Below, piece after piece: positions 55,013-64,000 of a stretch of DNA of 64,000 bases. A program made the translations under genes and the position numbers. The DNA lies in NCBI GenBank assembly GCA_044222475.1, contig JBGANF010000008.1:34688-98687 (forward strand), in the 5' to 3' direction. How positions within the stretch are numbered: position 1 is the first letter of the stretch; each line of letters starts with the position of its first letter. Source of the stretch: Polyangiaceae bacterium (lineage in GTDB: Bacteria; Myxococcota_A; Polyangia; Polyangiales; Polyangiaceae). The notes under the pieces were generated by a model that ran no database searches, was not told where the DNA came from, and saw only the letters and a program-made list of their open reading frames with translations.

Positions 55013-56068
55013 ATGCGCAAGATCACCGCACTCGTGCTCGCTCACCTCGCGGCGTCGCCGCTTCTCGTCGCGTGCCAGAAGGAAGAAGCCACCCCGACGT
55101 CGACGAGCCCCACGACGTCCGCGACGACGACCGGCTCCGCCGACCCGATGCCGTCGGCGTCTGCGGTCGTGACCGCGACCGCGACCGCGTCCGCCGCGCC
55201 GAGCGCAATCGCATCGGTGACGCCGAGCGCGACCGCGACGCACACCGCTCCGCCGACGCCTTCGGCGATTCCGGGACGCGGCGCGTCGTGCAAAGCGAGC
55301 TCGGACTGCAAGCCCGGTCTCAAGTGCGTCCTCCCGTTCGACGGTGCTCACGTCATCCCCAACAAGCCGGGGACGTGCATCGGCATCGACGAACCGGTGA
55401 TGGGTGGCCGCCCGCTCGTCGTCGATGGCGTCGCACGGGTAGCGTCGGCAGTGACCCAGCGCGAGTGGCACGACGGCGTCGCGTGCGTCGATCTGGACGA
55501 GGCGACGCGCGCCACCTGGCGCGCGCACCTCGAGCGCGCTGCGCTCGAAGAGCATGCGAGCGTCCCGGCGTTCGCGCGGACGATCTGCCAGCTCGTCGCG
55601 CTCGGCGCGCCGGCGTGGCTCGTCGAGAAGACGCAGCGCGCGCTCGCCGACGAGATCGTCCACGCGAGGCGGAGCTTCGAGTGGGTCGAACGCCTCGGCG
55701 GCGGCGCGCTCGGACCGGGGCCGCTCCCCCAGGCTGTCTCGCCGTTCGGGTGCGAGTCGCCCGACGAGATCGCGGTCGCGCTGGTCCGCGACGCGTTTCG
55801 CGGTGGCTGCGTCGGTGAGACGCTGGCCGCGCACGAAGCGGCCGAGCGCGCGACCGCCGCGCCGACGTCCGAGTTGCGCTCCTTCTTCGAGACGATCGCC
55901 GACGACGAAGCGCGTCACGCCGCGCTCGCGTTCGAGACGACGCGCTGGCTCGCCTCGCGGTTCTCGGCGGCGCGGGTCGCGCTCGACGAGGAGCGGGCAC
56001 GCTTCGCGACGGCGCAGGCGGACTGCCGCGCGCTCGTCGAGCCGTTGATCGACGCATTCCTCGGCTGA
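55013..56068 (+). CDS. ferritin-like domain lipoprotein, paralog of 8115..9038
   Basis: Signal MRKITALVLAHLAASPLLVACQ, then a Thr/Ala/Ser linker and the Cys module GASCKASSDCKPGLKC. The ferritin-like helices are EEHASVPAFART, ADEIVHARRSFE, GGCVGETLAAHEA and DDEARHAALAFE. These are alignable with EAASVDAF, KDEVRHAL, EGCVHETF and DEARHADLA of 8115..9038. Confidence 0.55.
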   Translation: MRKITALVLAHLAASPLLVACQKEEATPTSTSPTTSATTTGSADPMPSASAVVTATATASAAPSAIASVTPSATATHTAPPTPSAIPGRGASCKASSDCKPGLKCVLPFDGAHVIPNKPGTCIGIDEPVMGGRPLVVDGVARVASAVTQREWHDGVACVDLDEATRATWRAHLERAALEEHASVPAFARTICQLVALGAPAWLVEKTQRALADEIVHARRSFEWVERLGGGALGPGPLPQAVSPFGCESPDEIAVALVRDAFRGGCVGETLAAHEAAERATAAPTSELRSFFETIADDEARHAALAFETTRWLASRFSAARVALDEERARFATAQADCRALVEPLIDAFLG

Positions 56069-56623
56069 CTACGACCCGACGCGGCGCATCCGCGGAACCG
56101 TCGGGATGTCGTCCTGCGGAACCCACGGCGCGCGGGCTCGCGTCGCCGACTCGGGGATGGGCTCGATCGGGAGCACGTGGTCCTTCGGGTGCGTCAGGTG
56201 ATCGGCGAGGATGAGCGACGCGACGCGATCGACCAGGTGGAGCTTCGGGAGGTCGAGCGGCGCGAAGCCGCTCGTCCCGTCGTCGCTCCTCACGACGATG
56301 ACGGGAAGGCGTTCGGGCAGCTCGCGGACGAGCGCATCGGGGCCGGTCTCGATCGCCTTCAAGATCCGGATGCACTTCGCCTGCGCGTCGACGAGCACGT
56401 CCGCCCAGTCGCGGAGCTCTCCGCTCGCGTGGTGGGGCTTGGTGAGCGGGCGCGGTCGCGGGAGAAAGCTCGTCGCGAGCCGGTAGGGGCCGATCAGCCA
56501 ACCGGCGAGCGCTCGCTTCGTGGGTTGGAGGGCGAGGAACTCGCGCGTGGCCTGGCGGCAGGCGGCTGCGACGTCGCGGGGCGAGATGCCGTGGGGGAGG
56601 GGGAGGCCACTGCGGTGAACCAT
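56069..56623 (-). CDS. hypothetical protein
   Basis: Start MVHRSGLPLPHGISPRDVAAA (ATG at 56623). Normal composition. Convergent with the ferritin-like gene. Confidence 0.4.
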   Translation of the reverse strand: MVHRSGLPLPHGISPRDVAAACRQATREFLALQPTKRALAGWLIGPYRLATSFLPRPRPLTKPHHASGELRDWADVLVDAQAKCIRILKAIETGPDALVRELPERLPVIVVRSDDGTSGFAPLDLPKLHLVDRVASLILADHLTHPKDHVLPIEPIPESATRARAPWVPQDDIPTVPRMRRVGS

Positions 56624-56816
56624 GCGACGTGGTTTTGCAAACCTCGGACCACGACGATCATGCGAGAAATCATGGCCGTTTCGCTCACCGCGGGCGCGGG
56701 TCCTGCGCACGGACTGCACTTGTCGCGCGGGGCTTTCGAGCATCCTACATGCGCGCCTCTGTGCGGTTTCACGACACTCGCGCACGTTCCGTCATCTACG
56801 GTGAACGAGACGCTCG

Positions 56817-57473
56817 ATGATCCCTTCGAACCATTGGCCCGCGTTCGAGTCGGTCTTCGGTTGGTACACGAAGAACCTCTTCCGCCGCCGATTCGCTTCC
56901 GTCCGCGTGCGAGGGAATCTCCCCGAGCCGAAGTCGCCGATCATCATGGCGTGCCAGCACGTCGCGTGGTGGGACCCGCTCGTGATCTTCCTTCTGTCGC
57001 GCACGTGGTTCCCGCGCGGCGCGCGTCACGACGTGATGATGGACGAGGAGAACCTGAAGAAGCACTCGTTCTTCCGTTGGATAGGCGCGTTCGGCGTCGA
57101 TCGCGCGACCCGCGCTGGATCCGCGAGCGCGCTGCGGCACGCGCTCGACCTCCTCGAGATGCCGAACATGCGCCTCGGCATCTATCCGCAAGGGAAGCAG
57201 GAGTCGATGGACCAGCGCCCGCTGACGAACACGCAGGGCGCGAGCTGGCTCGCCGCGCGCTCGGGCGCGCCGTTCGCGACGGTGACCGTGCGCTACGAGT
57301 TCATCGAAGACGAACGCCCCGAGGTGTTCGTCGCGATTGGCGAGCCCCGCACGGTTCCGCGAGATGGACATCGCGCGGAACCGATCATGACCGCGATCAC
57401 CGAGGACGCAGACGGTCTACGGGACGACGTTCATGCGAGGCGCTTCGATCGATTCACCATCGTCACGGCGTGA
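56817..57473 (+). CDS. lysophospholipid (1-acyl-glycerol-3-phosphate, PlsC-like) acyltransferase
   Basis: H(x)4D catalytic motif in ACQHVAWWDPL, plus FGVDR and the substrate-binding IYPQGK-type block. Confidence 0.65.
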   Translation: MIPSNHWPAFESVFGWYTKNLFRRRFASVRVRGNLPEPKSPIIMACQHVAWWDPLVIFLLSRTWFPRGARHDVMMDEENLKKHSFFRWIGAFGVDRATRAGSASALRHALDLLEMPNMRLGIYPQGKQESMDQRPLTNTQGASWLAARSGAPFATVTVRYEFIEDERPEVFVAIGEPRTVPRDGHRAEPIMTAITEDADGLRDDVHARRFDRFTIVTA

Positions 57474-57487
57474 GCCGCACGACGGCG

Positions 57488-58519
57488 TCAGCTGGTCTTC
57501 TGGAGCAGCATCACGCGGTACGTGTCCTTGCGCTCGACCATGTTCTGGTAGAGGCGAGTCCCCGGGTTGCGCGCGAAGTTCTTGAGGGCGATGTCGGCCT
57601 GTTCGCGGCGGCGGGCGCCGAGGAACGGGATGCGGAAGCCGTGGAAGGCGGAGATGCACTGGTCGACGTAGACGTCGATGCGCTTCTTGTCTTCGTCGCG
57701 AGCCTTCACTGCTTCCTTGGTCACGTCGCACTCTTCGCGGATCGTGAAGCCGTTCTTCTCGAGGAACTTGAAGCACTCCGACCATGTCGGATCCGGAATC
57801 GCGTTGCCCCACACGAGGTAGCCGCCGGGCTTGAGGAGCTGGTGCGCCTTCTTGAAGAAGCGCTCGTCCTCCGGAGTGACGACGCCGATCATCTCGGTCA
57901 CGTGCGTCTCGTTGACGGCGATGAAGTCGGAGCTGCCGTCCTCGCGAGAGAGCTTGGTCGCGTCGGAGCAGGTCGCCTTCATGCGACCGTCGAGCTCGCC
58001 GACGAACTTGCGGTTCGCGGTGCGAATCGCCGCCTGCTGCATGTCGACGGCTTCGTACGTGCACTTCGGGAGCACGCTCTTGCAGACGTGGTGCGCGCCG
58101 GCGCCGGTGCCGCAGCCGAGCTCGGTGACGTGGACTTTGCCGTCGCGATCGGCGACGTACTTCTTCACCGCGTCGAAGTGATAGAGGCCGGTGTACGCGA
58201 TGCGGCCGTAGCGCTGCGGGTCGTTGGCAGCGACCGGGTTCTTCCCCCACGACTCGGGCCAGGTGTAGCCCCACGTGTTGAAGGTGAACTCGTAGCGCGT
58301 GCCGTCGTCGCTTCGAACGTCGCCCATCCCCCGATAGAGCGCGTAGAGAAGCGAATAGAGCGAGGCCTTGTCGTACGCCTCTTCGGCGACGTCGCCGTCG
58401 GCGAGGGAGATCTTGGACTTCTTCTCGGTGGCGGCGCTCAGGATCCAGGCCCCGAGGATGAGTTGAAGTTGGTTGCGTGAGTAGTCGGAGTTGTTGCTGA
58501 GCGCGGTCAAAACGTCCAT
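57488..58519 (-). CDS. class I SAM-dependent methyltransferase
   Basis: Start MDVLTALSNN (ATG at 58519). SAM motif I is VTELGCGTGAGAHHV. Motif post-II is LKPGGYLVW. Confidence 0.65.
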   Translation of the reverse strand: MDVLTALSNNSDYSRNQLQLILGAWILSAATEKKSKISLADGDVAEEAYDKASLYSLLYALYRGMGDVRSDDGTRYEFTFNTWGYTWPESWGKNPVAANDPQRYGRIAYTGLYHFDAVKKYVADRDGKVHVTELGCGTGAGAHHVCKSVLPKCTYEAVDMQQAAIRTANRKFVGELDGRMKATCSDATKLSREDGSSDFIAVNETHVTEMIGVVTPEDERFFKKAHQLLKPGGYLVWGNAIPDPTWSECFKFLEKNGFTIREECDVTKEAVKARDEDKKRIDVYVDQCISAFHGFRIPFLGARRREQADIALKNFARNPGTRLYQNMVERKDTYRVMLLQKTS

Positions 58520-58699
58520 GTGTATCCTTCGTTCGCGACCCGCCGAAGTGGCAGGCGCGCTCGGTCCGGGGAAGCCGAAGCGATCTGCTTCCTCCGGGGG
58601 GAGTGGACGGAACACTGCGCGTCGCGCGAGGCCGAAAAGGCGCGCGATGGGAGGACATTAGCTCAGCTCCGTCGCCCCGTCACATGGTAAACGGCAAGC

Positions 58700-58924
58700 A
58701 TGAGCTTCGGACGCAACCCGCACGTGGCAAAAGCGCAGGCGGAAGAGCAGAAAGCAGCGACCGCGCGCGACGTTCGAGCCGCCTCGCAAGCGTGGCGCGA
58801 GGCCGCGCGCCAGTGGGATCGCGCCGCCGCGCGCGAGACCGACGGCGGCAAGAAGAGCGACTATGCAGCGAAGGCCGAGGCGGCGCGCACCCGCGCCGAC
58901 GATCCGGCGAAAGTCCTGAACTGA
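58700..58924 (+). CDS. small hypothetical protein
   Basis: 74 aa, Ala/Lys/Glu-rich and helical. There is no competing ORF here. Support is weak. Confidence 0.3.
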   Translation: MSFGRNPHVAKAQAEEQKAATARDVRAASQAWREAARQWDRAAARETDGGKKSDYAAKAEAARTRADDPAKVLN

Positions 58925-58948
58925 CGTCCGCCTCGGTTCCGGCGTAGG

Positions 58949-59467
58949 ATGTCGTCCATGCACGAAGCGATGTTTCGTCAGATGCGGAAGCAGCTCGGCC
59001 AGCTCGACAAGTGGATCGAGATGGCCAAGACGTACGCCGAGTCGAAGTCGATGGACCCGAAGGCGTTCCTCGAGATGCGGCTCGCGCCGGATCAATTTCC
59101 GTTCGTTCGTCAGGTTCAGACCGCGTGCGACACCGCGAAGCTCGCCGTGTCCCGGCTCACCGGGAAAGAGGCCCCTCAGAGCGTCGACAACGAGCAATCG
59201 CTCGACGACCTGCGCGCACGAATCCGCTCGACGATCAGCTGGCTCGACGGGATCAGCGCGAACGATTTCATCGGGGCCGAGTCGCGCCGCGTGTCCCAGC
59301 CCCGGTGGGAGGGCAAGGTCATGAGCGGCAACGACTACTTCTACGAGCACGCCGTGCCGAACTTCTTCTTCCACCTCACCCACGCGTACGCGATCTTGCG
59401 GCACGCGGGCGTGCCCGTCGGAAAGCGCGACTACCTCGGCACGCTGAGCCTGCGCGCGCCGACCTGA
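58949..59467 (+). CDS. DUF1993 family protein
   Basis: The C-terminal signature YFYEHAVPNFFFHLTHAYAILRHAGVPVGKRDYLG matches the DUF1993 consensus. Confidence 0.7.
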   Translation: MSSMHEAMFRQMRKQLGQLDKWIEMAKTYAESKSMDPKAFLEMRLAPDQFPFVRQVQTACDTAKLAVSRLTGKEAPQSVDNEQSLDDLRARIRSTISWLDGISANDFIGAESRRVSQPRWEGKVMSGNDYFYEHAVPNFFFHLTHAYAILRHAGVPVGKRDYLGTLSLRAPT

Positions 59468-60070
59468 TCAGCCCTTCGTGCCAGCGTCGATCGTGATGAC
59501 GCCGTCGCACGGATCCTGAAACGACTCCTGCATCGTCCAGCGCCCGTTGACGCAGTCGAAGTCGACGTTGACGGAGCCGCCTTGCGGACATTGGTGGACG
59601 CCCATGCACGTGACTGGTCCGCCGCAGCTCGAGCCTTCCACGACCGCGCTCGGCGGCGGGCACACGGGGAGCGGCGGCTCCGAGCAGATGGTGGCGCTGC
59701 AGACGAATCGGCCCTTCTCGCAGGAGCACCCGTCGAGTCGGTCGTTCGTCACGCAGGGGGGTTGCACGGAGGCCGGGCAGAAGAGGCCTTGGGAGCTGCA
59801 CGCCGCGCCGTTGGTCGCGCCGGCGCAGGGGTTGGGGCACGAGGGAGCGCCGAGCTGGGGGCATTTCCACACGCCGCCGTTGCAGGAGCAGCTCAGCGCG
59901 TGGGTCCCTTCGCAATCGGTGAGGTGCTGGGTGCACTGCGTGCCGGACGAACACGCCGAGGTGATGTTCTGAGGGCAGTCCGGGCTTTCGGCGTCGACGC
60001 GGCCGCCGCAGTGGAGGGAGAGGACGGCGAGGAGTCCGAGGCCGGCGAGGGATGCTGCGAGGGAGCGCAT
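59468..60070 (-). CDS. Cys-rich secreted protein
   Basis: Start MRSLAASLAGLGLLAVLSLHCGG (ATG at 60070). 34 Cys. Its stop abuts the stop of the convergent DUF1993 gene. Confidence 0.5.
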   Translation of the reverse strand: MRSLAASLAGLGLLAVLSLHCGGRVDAESPDCPQNITSACSSGTQCTQHLTDCEGTHALSCSCNGGVWKCPQLGAPSCPNPCAGATNGAACSSQGLFCPASVQPPCVTNDRLDGCSCEKGRFVCSATICSEPPLPVCPPPSAVVEGSSCGGPVTCMGVHQCPQGGSVNVDFDCVNGRWTMQESFQDPCDGVITIDAGTKG

Positions 60071-60228
60071 GAAGGTCTCTTCAGCAAGTGCCATGCCTCT
60101 TGGCACAGGAGGACAACTCCTGGAATCAACGACACATTCTCCGGGTCGATCCTGTGCCACCCCGTGCCACCCGCACCGCCACCGAGATCGTTAGCATGCA
60201 TGCGATGTCGCCGTTTTTGGGGTCTAGG

Positions 60229-60675
60229 ATGGCGAGCATGCGCACGGCCCTCACCCTTGCGGTCCTCGTCTTGGTCCCGACCGCCATCGCCTGCTCCAAG
60301 GACACGCCTTCGACGACGACCACCGCTCCATCGACGCCCAGCGTGACCGCAGCGTCTGCGAACGCGACACCGAGCGCCAGCGCGAGCGCGAGCAGCAGCC
60401 CGTCAGCGGCAGCCAGCGCGAGCGCGAGCTCGGCTCGCCGGGCGGACGCCGGCTCATGCGGCTTCGTCGTCATCTGCAAACCCGCGGTGGGCGAGCCTCC
60501 GATGGCCCACGCGCCCGAGCCGTTCCAGCTCTGCATCGCCAGCGTGCCCGAGGATCTTCGGGGCCCCGACCCGCACCACGAGGGACCGTTCGACGTCGAC
60601 GCCACCAAAGCGCGTCGCGCGAAGACGCCGAACACGTGCTGCTACAAGGCACCCCGCGCGCTGTGCGGCGGGTGA
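60229..60675 (+). CDS. hypothetical lipoprotein
   Basis: Start MASMRTALTLAVLVLVPTAIACSK, with a Ser/Ala/Thr-rich linker. Confidence 0.45.
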   Translation: MASMRTALTLAVLVLVPTAIACSKDTPSTTTTAPSTPSVTAASANATPSASASASSSPSAAASASASSARRADAGSCGFVVICKPAVGEPPMAHAPEPFQLCIASVPEDLRGPDPHHEGPFDVDATKARRAKTPNTCCYKAPRALCGG

Positions 60676-60681
60676 CGGCCG

Positions 60682-62535
60682 TCACCGCACCATGTTCCGC
60701 AGGTGCCACGCCTGAAGGAAGCTCTTGCGCTCCGACGCCGCGAGATCGTCGTGAAGCTTCCCGATCGTCGCCGTCGTCGTGACGAGGATGCCCACCGAGC
60801 TCGCGAGGAGGAACACCTCCACCCATCCAGGAGCGAGCGTCACCGCACGCGAGACCAACGTGAAGCCCTCGGCGACGTGAGCGCTCGATGGCGGCAGGAC
60901 CCCGACCAGCTCGAGCCCGAACGGGACGAGCACCGCGCCGAGGCCCGACAACGCGACGATCAGGCGCTGGCGCCTCTCGATCTGAAGGGTGAAGATCAGC
61001 GCGTTCGCTGCCGCGAGAGCCGGCACGATCACGAACGGACCGAAGAACATGCTCGCCGACGACGCCGTCGCCATGCTCAGGAGCAGCAGCACGAGGACGT
61101 GCGTCGACGTCGGCTTCTTGGCGCGCGCGACCGCGAACGACGCAAGCGACGACCCGAGCATCAGCACGAAGCACGCGACGAAGGTCGGCCACGAGCGCAC
61201 CCCCATCACCAGCGCGAGCGGGATGAAGAGAAACCACGCGAGGTAGCGCCGACCGCCCACCATCGATCCGGTGCGCAGCGTCGCGACCCGGAGCGCGTCG
61301 AGCTCCGCGCGTGCGCCCTCGGGGACCTCGTCCGGCGCTTCGAGCAGGAGCCGTGCGACTAGGCCGCGCGTCTCTCCGTCATCGGGCCTGAGCGCGAGCG
61401 CGCGAAAAGCCTCCTGCAGCGCCACCGCGTGCGACGGAGCCTCGCGCGCGCGGAGGACGTGCTCCTCCGCCATCTCGCGACGCATCATCAGATCTCGATC
61501 GCCGTCGAGGAAATGCTCGAGCGCGTCGCACAGCTCGCGGGCCGACGCGAAGCGATCCTTCGGATCGAGCGCAGTGGCCTTCTCGCAGATCGCGTCGATC
61601 TCGGGCGCGACCTCCGGGTTGCGCGTCGAAGGCCGCGGGCTACGCGGTCCGCGCGTCGTGCTCTCGAGGATCGCCGACACGCTCGAGCCGTCGTGCAGAT
61701 ACTCGCCGGTCACGATCTCGAACAAGATCGCACCGAGCGAGTAGACGTCGGACCGAACGTCGATCGAGTCGACCGCGCCGCTCGCCTGCTCCGGCGACAT
61801 GTAGCCCGGCGTGCCGACGAGCACGCCGGCGACGGTGCGACCGCCTTGCGAGTCGCGGACGTCCATCACGGGGCCGCCAGTCTGCACCTCGGGTTCGGCG
61901 GCCGGCGCCCCCAGGATCTTGGCGACGCCCCAGTCGAGCACGTTCACCTCGCCGAACTCGCCGAGCATGATGTTGCCCGGCTTGAGATCGCGGTGCAGGA
62001 CGCCGCGCGAGTGCGCGAACTCCACCGCGAGGCACACGCTGACGAACGCCGTGAGTAGACGCCGCTGCGAGTACTGCGGCGTGGTCTCGGTGCGCCGATG
62101 GATCGCCTCGTCGAGGGTCACCCCGCGGATTCGCTTCATCGTGAAGTACAGCGCGCCGGTGTCGTCCTTGCCGAGATCGTAGACCGGTACCACGCTGGGA
62201 TGCTCGAGCTGACCTTGAACCCGGGCTTCGCGGATGAAGCGCGCGGCCGCGTCCGCCGACGAGCTCTCGCGTCGCATGACCTTGAGCGCGATCTCGCGTC
62301 CGATGCGGTCGTCCTGACAGAGACGCACCTCACCCATGCCGCCGGTGCCCAGCGTCTTCACGTACTGGTAGCGCTCGCCGCCGTGCTCCGACGGCAGCGG
62401 CGCGTCGAGCGCGGCTTGGCCGATCAAGGCGGTCGAGCCCGACAGCGGCGCGAAGCGCGTCGGTGGGAGCTCCCCCGTGTTCGGGCTCTGCGCGAGGGTG
62501 GGGGCGGTGTCGAAGTCCGGTTTGTTCGGGCTCAC
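60682..62535 (-). CDS. serine/threonine protein kinase with C-terminal multi-TM domain
   Basis: Kinase motifs LGTGGMGEVRLC, ALK, HRDLKPGNIML, DWGVAK and GYMSPEQ. The C-terminal half carries at least 4 hydrophobic helices. Confidence 0.85.
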   Translation of the reverse strand: MSPNKPDFDTAPTLAQSPNTGELPPTRFAPLSGSTALIGQAALDAPLPSEHGGERYQYVKTLGTGGMGEVRLCQDDRIGREIALKVMRRESSSADAAARFIREARVQGQLEHPSVVPVYDLGKDDTGALYFTMKRIRGVTLDEAIHRRTETTPQYSQRRLLTAFVSVCLAVEFAHSRGVLHRDLKPGNIMLGEFGEVNVLDWGVAKILGAPAAEPEVQTGGPVMDVRDSQGGRTVAGVLVGTPGYMSPEQASGAVDSIDVRSDVYSLGAILFEIVTGEYLHDGSSVSAILESTTRGPRSPRPSTRNPEVAPEIDAICEKATALDPKDRFASARELCDALEHFLDGDRDLMMRREMAEEHVLRAREAPSHAVALQEAFRALALRPDDGETRGLVARLLLEAPDEVPEGARAELDALRVATLRTGSMVGGRRYLAWFLFIPLALVMGVRSWPTFVACFVLMLGSSLASFAVARAKKPTSTHVLVLLLLSMATASSASMFFGPFVIVPALAAANALIFTLQIERRQRLIVALSGLGAVLVPFGLELVGVLPPSSAHVAEGFTLVSRAVTLAPGWVEVFLLASSVGILVTTTATIGKLHDDLAASERKSFLQAWHLRNMVR

Positions 62536-62564
62536 GCCGCGATTGTGCCGCGCTCCCGCTCGAC

Positions 62565-63782
62565 ATGGCTATGTTTACAATGTATGTCCAGGTGGTGAAA
62601 CGCGTAGCACCCCTCGTTTTCGCGGCTACTTTGGTCCACTGCAGCTCCAACTCTTCGGCTCCCGTGACCGACGCCGGAGCCGATGCCGGGGTGTGTAGCT
62701 CCTTCAGCGACGCGGTCTTCGCGGTCGACCCGAACGGACCGGACACCCAGGTCCACGCAGCGAGCGCGTTCGCCGGCGGCCGCGTGTTCGTCGTGTACGA
62801 CCGCCCGAAGGGCTCCGACAAGACCAAGCTCGACGTCTTCCTCGCCGCGTTTCGTTGCGACGGAAAGCCGGCGTTCGCGCCGGTGCGCGTCAGCGACGGC
62901 GACGGCAACGACGTCGACCCGTCGGTCGCGGTCCACGGCGACCGAGTCGTCGTCGCGTGGGCGTCGGACTCCGGCGCTGCGCAGAACAACCTGTCCTTGC
63001 GGGTGCGCACGTTCGACGACGCGGGCGTCGCGATCGGCCCTTCGCGCGCGTACGTCGGCCCGCGCAAAGGGACGAGCAACGCGCTCAACGCGTGGATGGC
63101 CCAAGTCGCGCCGTCGGCGTCGGGCTTCGCGCTCGTCGGGGCGTGGGGCGTCGCCGAAGCACCGGCGTTCCAGGCGTTCGGCGCGCGCCTCGATGCCCAG
63201 GGCGCATCGCTCGGCGAGTCGATCGACCTCGGCTTCGACGCCAGCGTGACCGAGACGATCCCCGACGTCGTCACGATCGCCGGGGCGACGCTCGCCGCGT
63301 TCCAGGTCGAGCCGAACCAAGGCACCGGCTCGCACGTCGACGTCGTCCGCATCGACGACGGGGCGACGACCGCGACCAAGCTGTCCACCCTCGACGACGC
63401 GCAGGCGCCGAGCCTCGCGGCGAGCGGAGCGAGCGTCTGGCTCGCCGCGTCGCGCAGCGCGACCAGTAGCGTCCTGTGGCACGTGAGCGACGGAGCCGCG
63501 AAGCCGATCGACGTCGGCTTCGGCGCCGCTCCGTCGATCGCGGCCGCGACGAACGGCGGCGCCATCGTCGCGACCGTGATGGACGCCTCGCACCGTCAGC
63601 TGAAGCTCGCGCGCTTCGACGACACCGGCGCGCTCTCGAACGAGGCCGTCATCGTCGCCGACGTCCCGCCGTATGCGCTGCGGCTCGTCACCGTCGACCC
63701 GGCGGGCGTGTTCTTCCTCGGGTACCAGGAAGGCGCATCGCCTGCGTTTCGCGTCAAAGGACGCTTCTTCGATCTGCGCTAG
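62565..63782 (+). CDS. hypothetical secreted protein
   Basis: Start MAMFTMYVQVVKRVAPLVFAATLVHCSS. 405 aa, Ala/Gly/Asp-rich but non-repetitive. Confidence 0.45.
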   Translation: MAMFTMYVQVVKRVAPLVFAATLVHCSSNSSAPVTDAGADAGVCSSFSDAVFAVDPNGPDTQVHAASAFAGGRVFVVYDRPKGSDKTKLDVFLAAFRCDGKPAFAPVRVSDGDGNDVDPSVAVHGDRVVVAWASDSGAAQNNLSLRVRTFDDAGVAIGPSRAYVGPRKGTSNALNAWMAQVAPSASGFALVGAWGVAEAPAFQAFGARLDAQGASLGESIDLGFDASVTETIPDVVTIAGATLAAFQVEPNQGTGSHVDVVRIDDGATTATKLSTLDDAQAPSLAASGASVWLAASRSATSSVLWHVSDGAAKPIDVGFGAAPSIAAATNGGAIVATVMDASHRQLKLARFDDTGALSNEAVIVADVPPYALRLVTVDPAGVFFLGYQEGASPAFRVKGRFFDLR

Positions 63783-63801
63783 GCGTCGTAGTGTTGCTAG
63801 C

Positions 63802-64000
63802 ATGCGGCGAGTGAACCTCCCTCGCTCCGCCCTCGCGTTCGCGATCGCGCTGGCCGCGATCGCGGCCGCGTGTGGGAAGACCAGCTCCGGGACCGCCGAC
63901 GCCGCGCCGAAGGCTTCGGCCACCACCGCGAGCACCGTCGCGCCGGCCGTCCCGACCGTGACGTGGGACCAAGCCACGAAGGACAAGGCGATCGCCGACG
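63802..64000 (+). CDS. hypothetical lipoprotein (3' end beyond window)
   Basis: ATG at 63802 encodes MRRVNLPRSALAFAIALAAIAAACGK. It runs to the window edge. Confidence 0.4.
   Translation, partial: MRRVNLPRSALAFAIALAAIAAACGKTSSGTADAAPKASATTASTVAPAVPTVTWDQATKDKAIAD

Overview
The window is very GC-rich (roughly 70% GC by eye) and gene-dense. It contains about 65 protein-coding genes on both strands. No rRNA, tRNA, CRISPR array, transposase or integrase was recognised.

The six-frame track is dominated by long arginine/alanine-rich ORFs. I treat these as antisense or out-of-frame artefacts of the GC bias (examples: 2119..3840-, 4747..7347+, 12609..14720-, 21087..23831+). Several listed ORFs are real only in their 3' part, so I recomputed starts from signal-peptide or homology onsets.

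Major elements of the content:
- Two eukaryotic-type Ser/Thr kinases (2328..4472, 60682..62535).
- A MYXO-CTERM sorting signal (42280..42777) and many Cys-rich secreted lipoproteins.
- A PAS histidine kinase, and LuxR, TetR and AraC regulators.

Together these point to a myxobacterial (Myxococcota) chromosome region of accessory/secretome character.

Recognisable enzymes include:
- GH31 glycosidase, rhodanese and sterol-desaturase-family hydroxylase.
- Transaldolase, alpha/beta hydrolase, two SAM methyltransferases and a Rieske-FAD oxidoreductase.
- Class-III aminotransferase, MDR quinone oxidoreductase, glyoxalase and an FGE/SUMF1-domain protein.
- Acyl-CoA dehydrogenase, ATP-grasp enzyme, PlsC-type acyltransferase, a SIMPL protein and a DUF1993 protein.

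Most notable:
1. A bacterial major vault protein (MVP) homolog at 31004..32998. It is followed by a class-III aminotransferase-like gene translationally coupled to an APH-like kinase gene, and then a LuxR regulator.
2. A tight acyl-CoA dehydrogenase / SIR2-like (SIR2_2) / atypical 850-aa GlmS-like amidotransferase-SIS operon at 48306..53092.
3. A MurE-like Mur ligase lacking its N-terminal domain, coupled to a repeat lipoprotein.
4. A roughly 250-bp tripartite imperfect palindrome in the 46.4-46.7 kb intergenic region.
5. Duplicated regulator-plus-COG3687-like hydrolase pairs and duplicated ferritin-like lipoproteins.

All family assignments are from motif recognition by eye and need HMM/BLAST confirmation.
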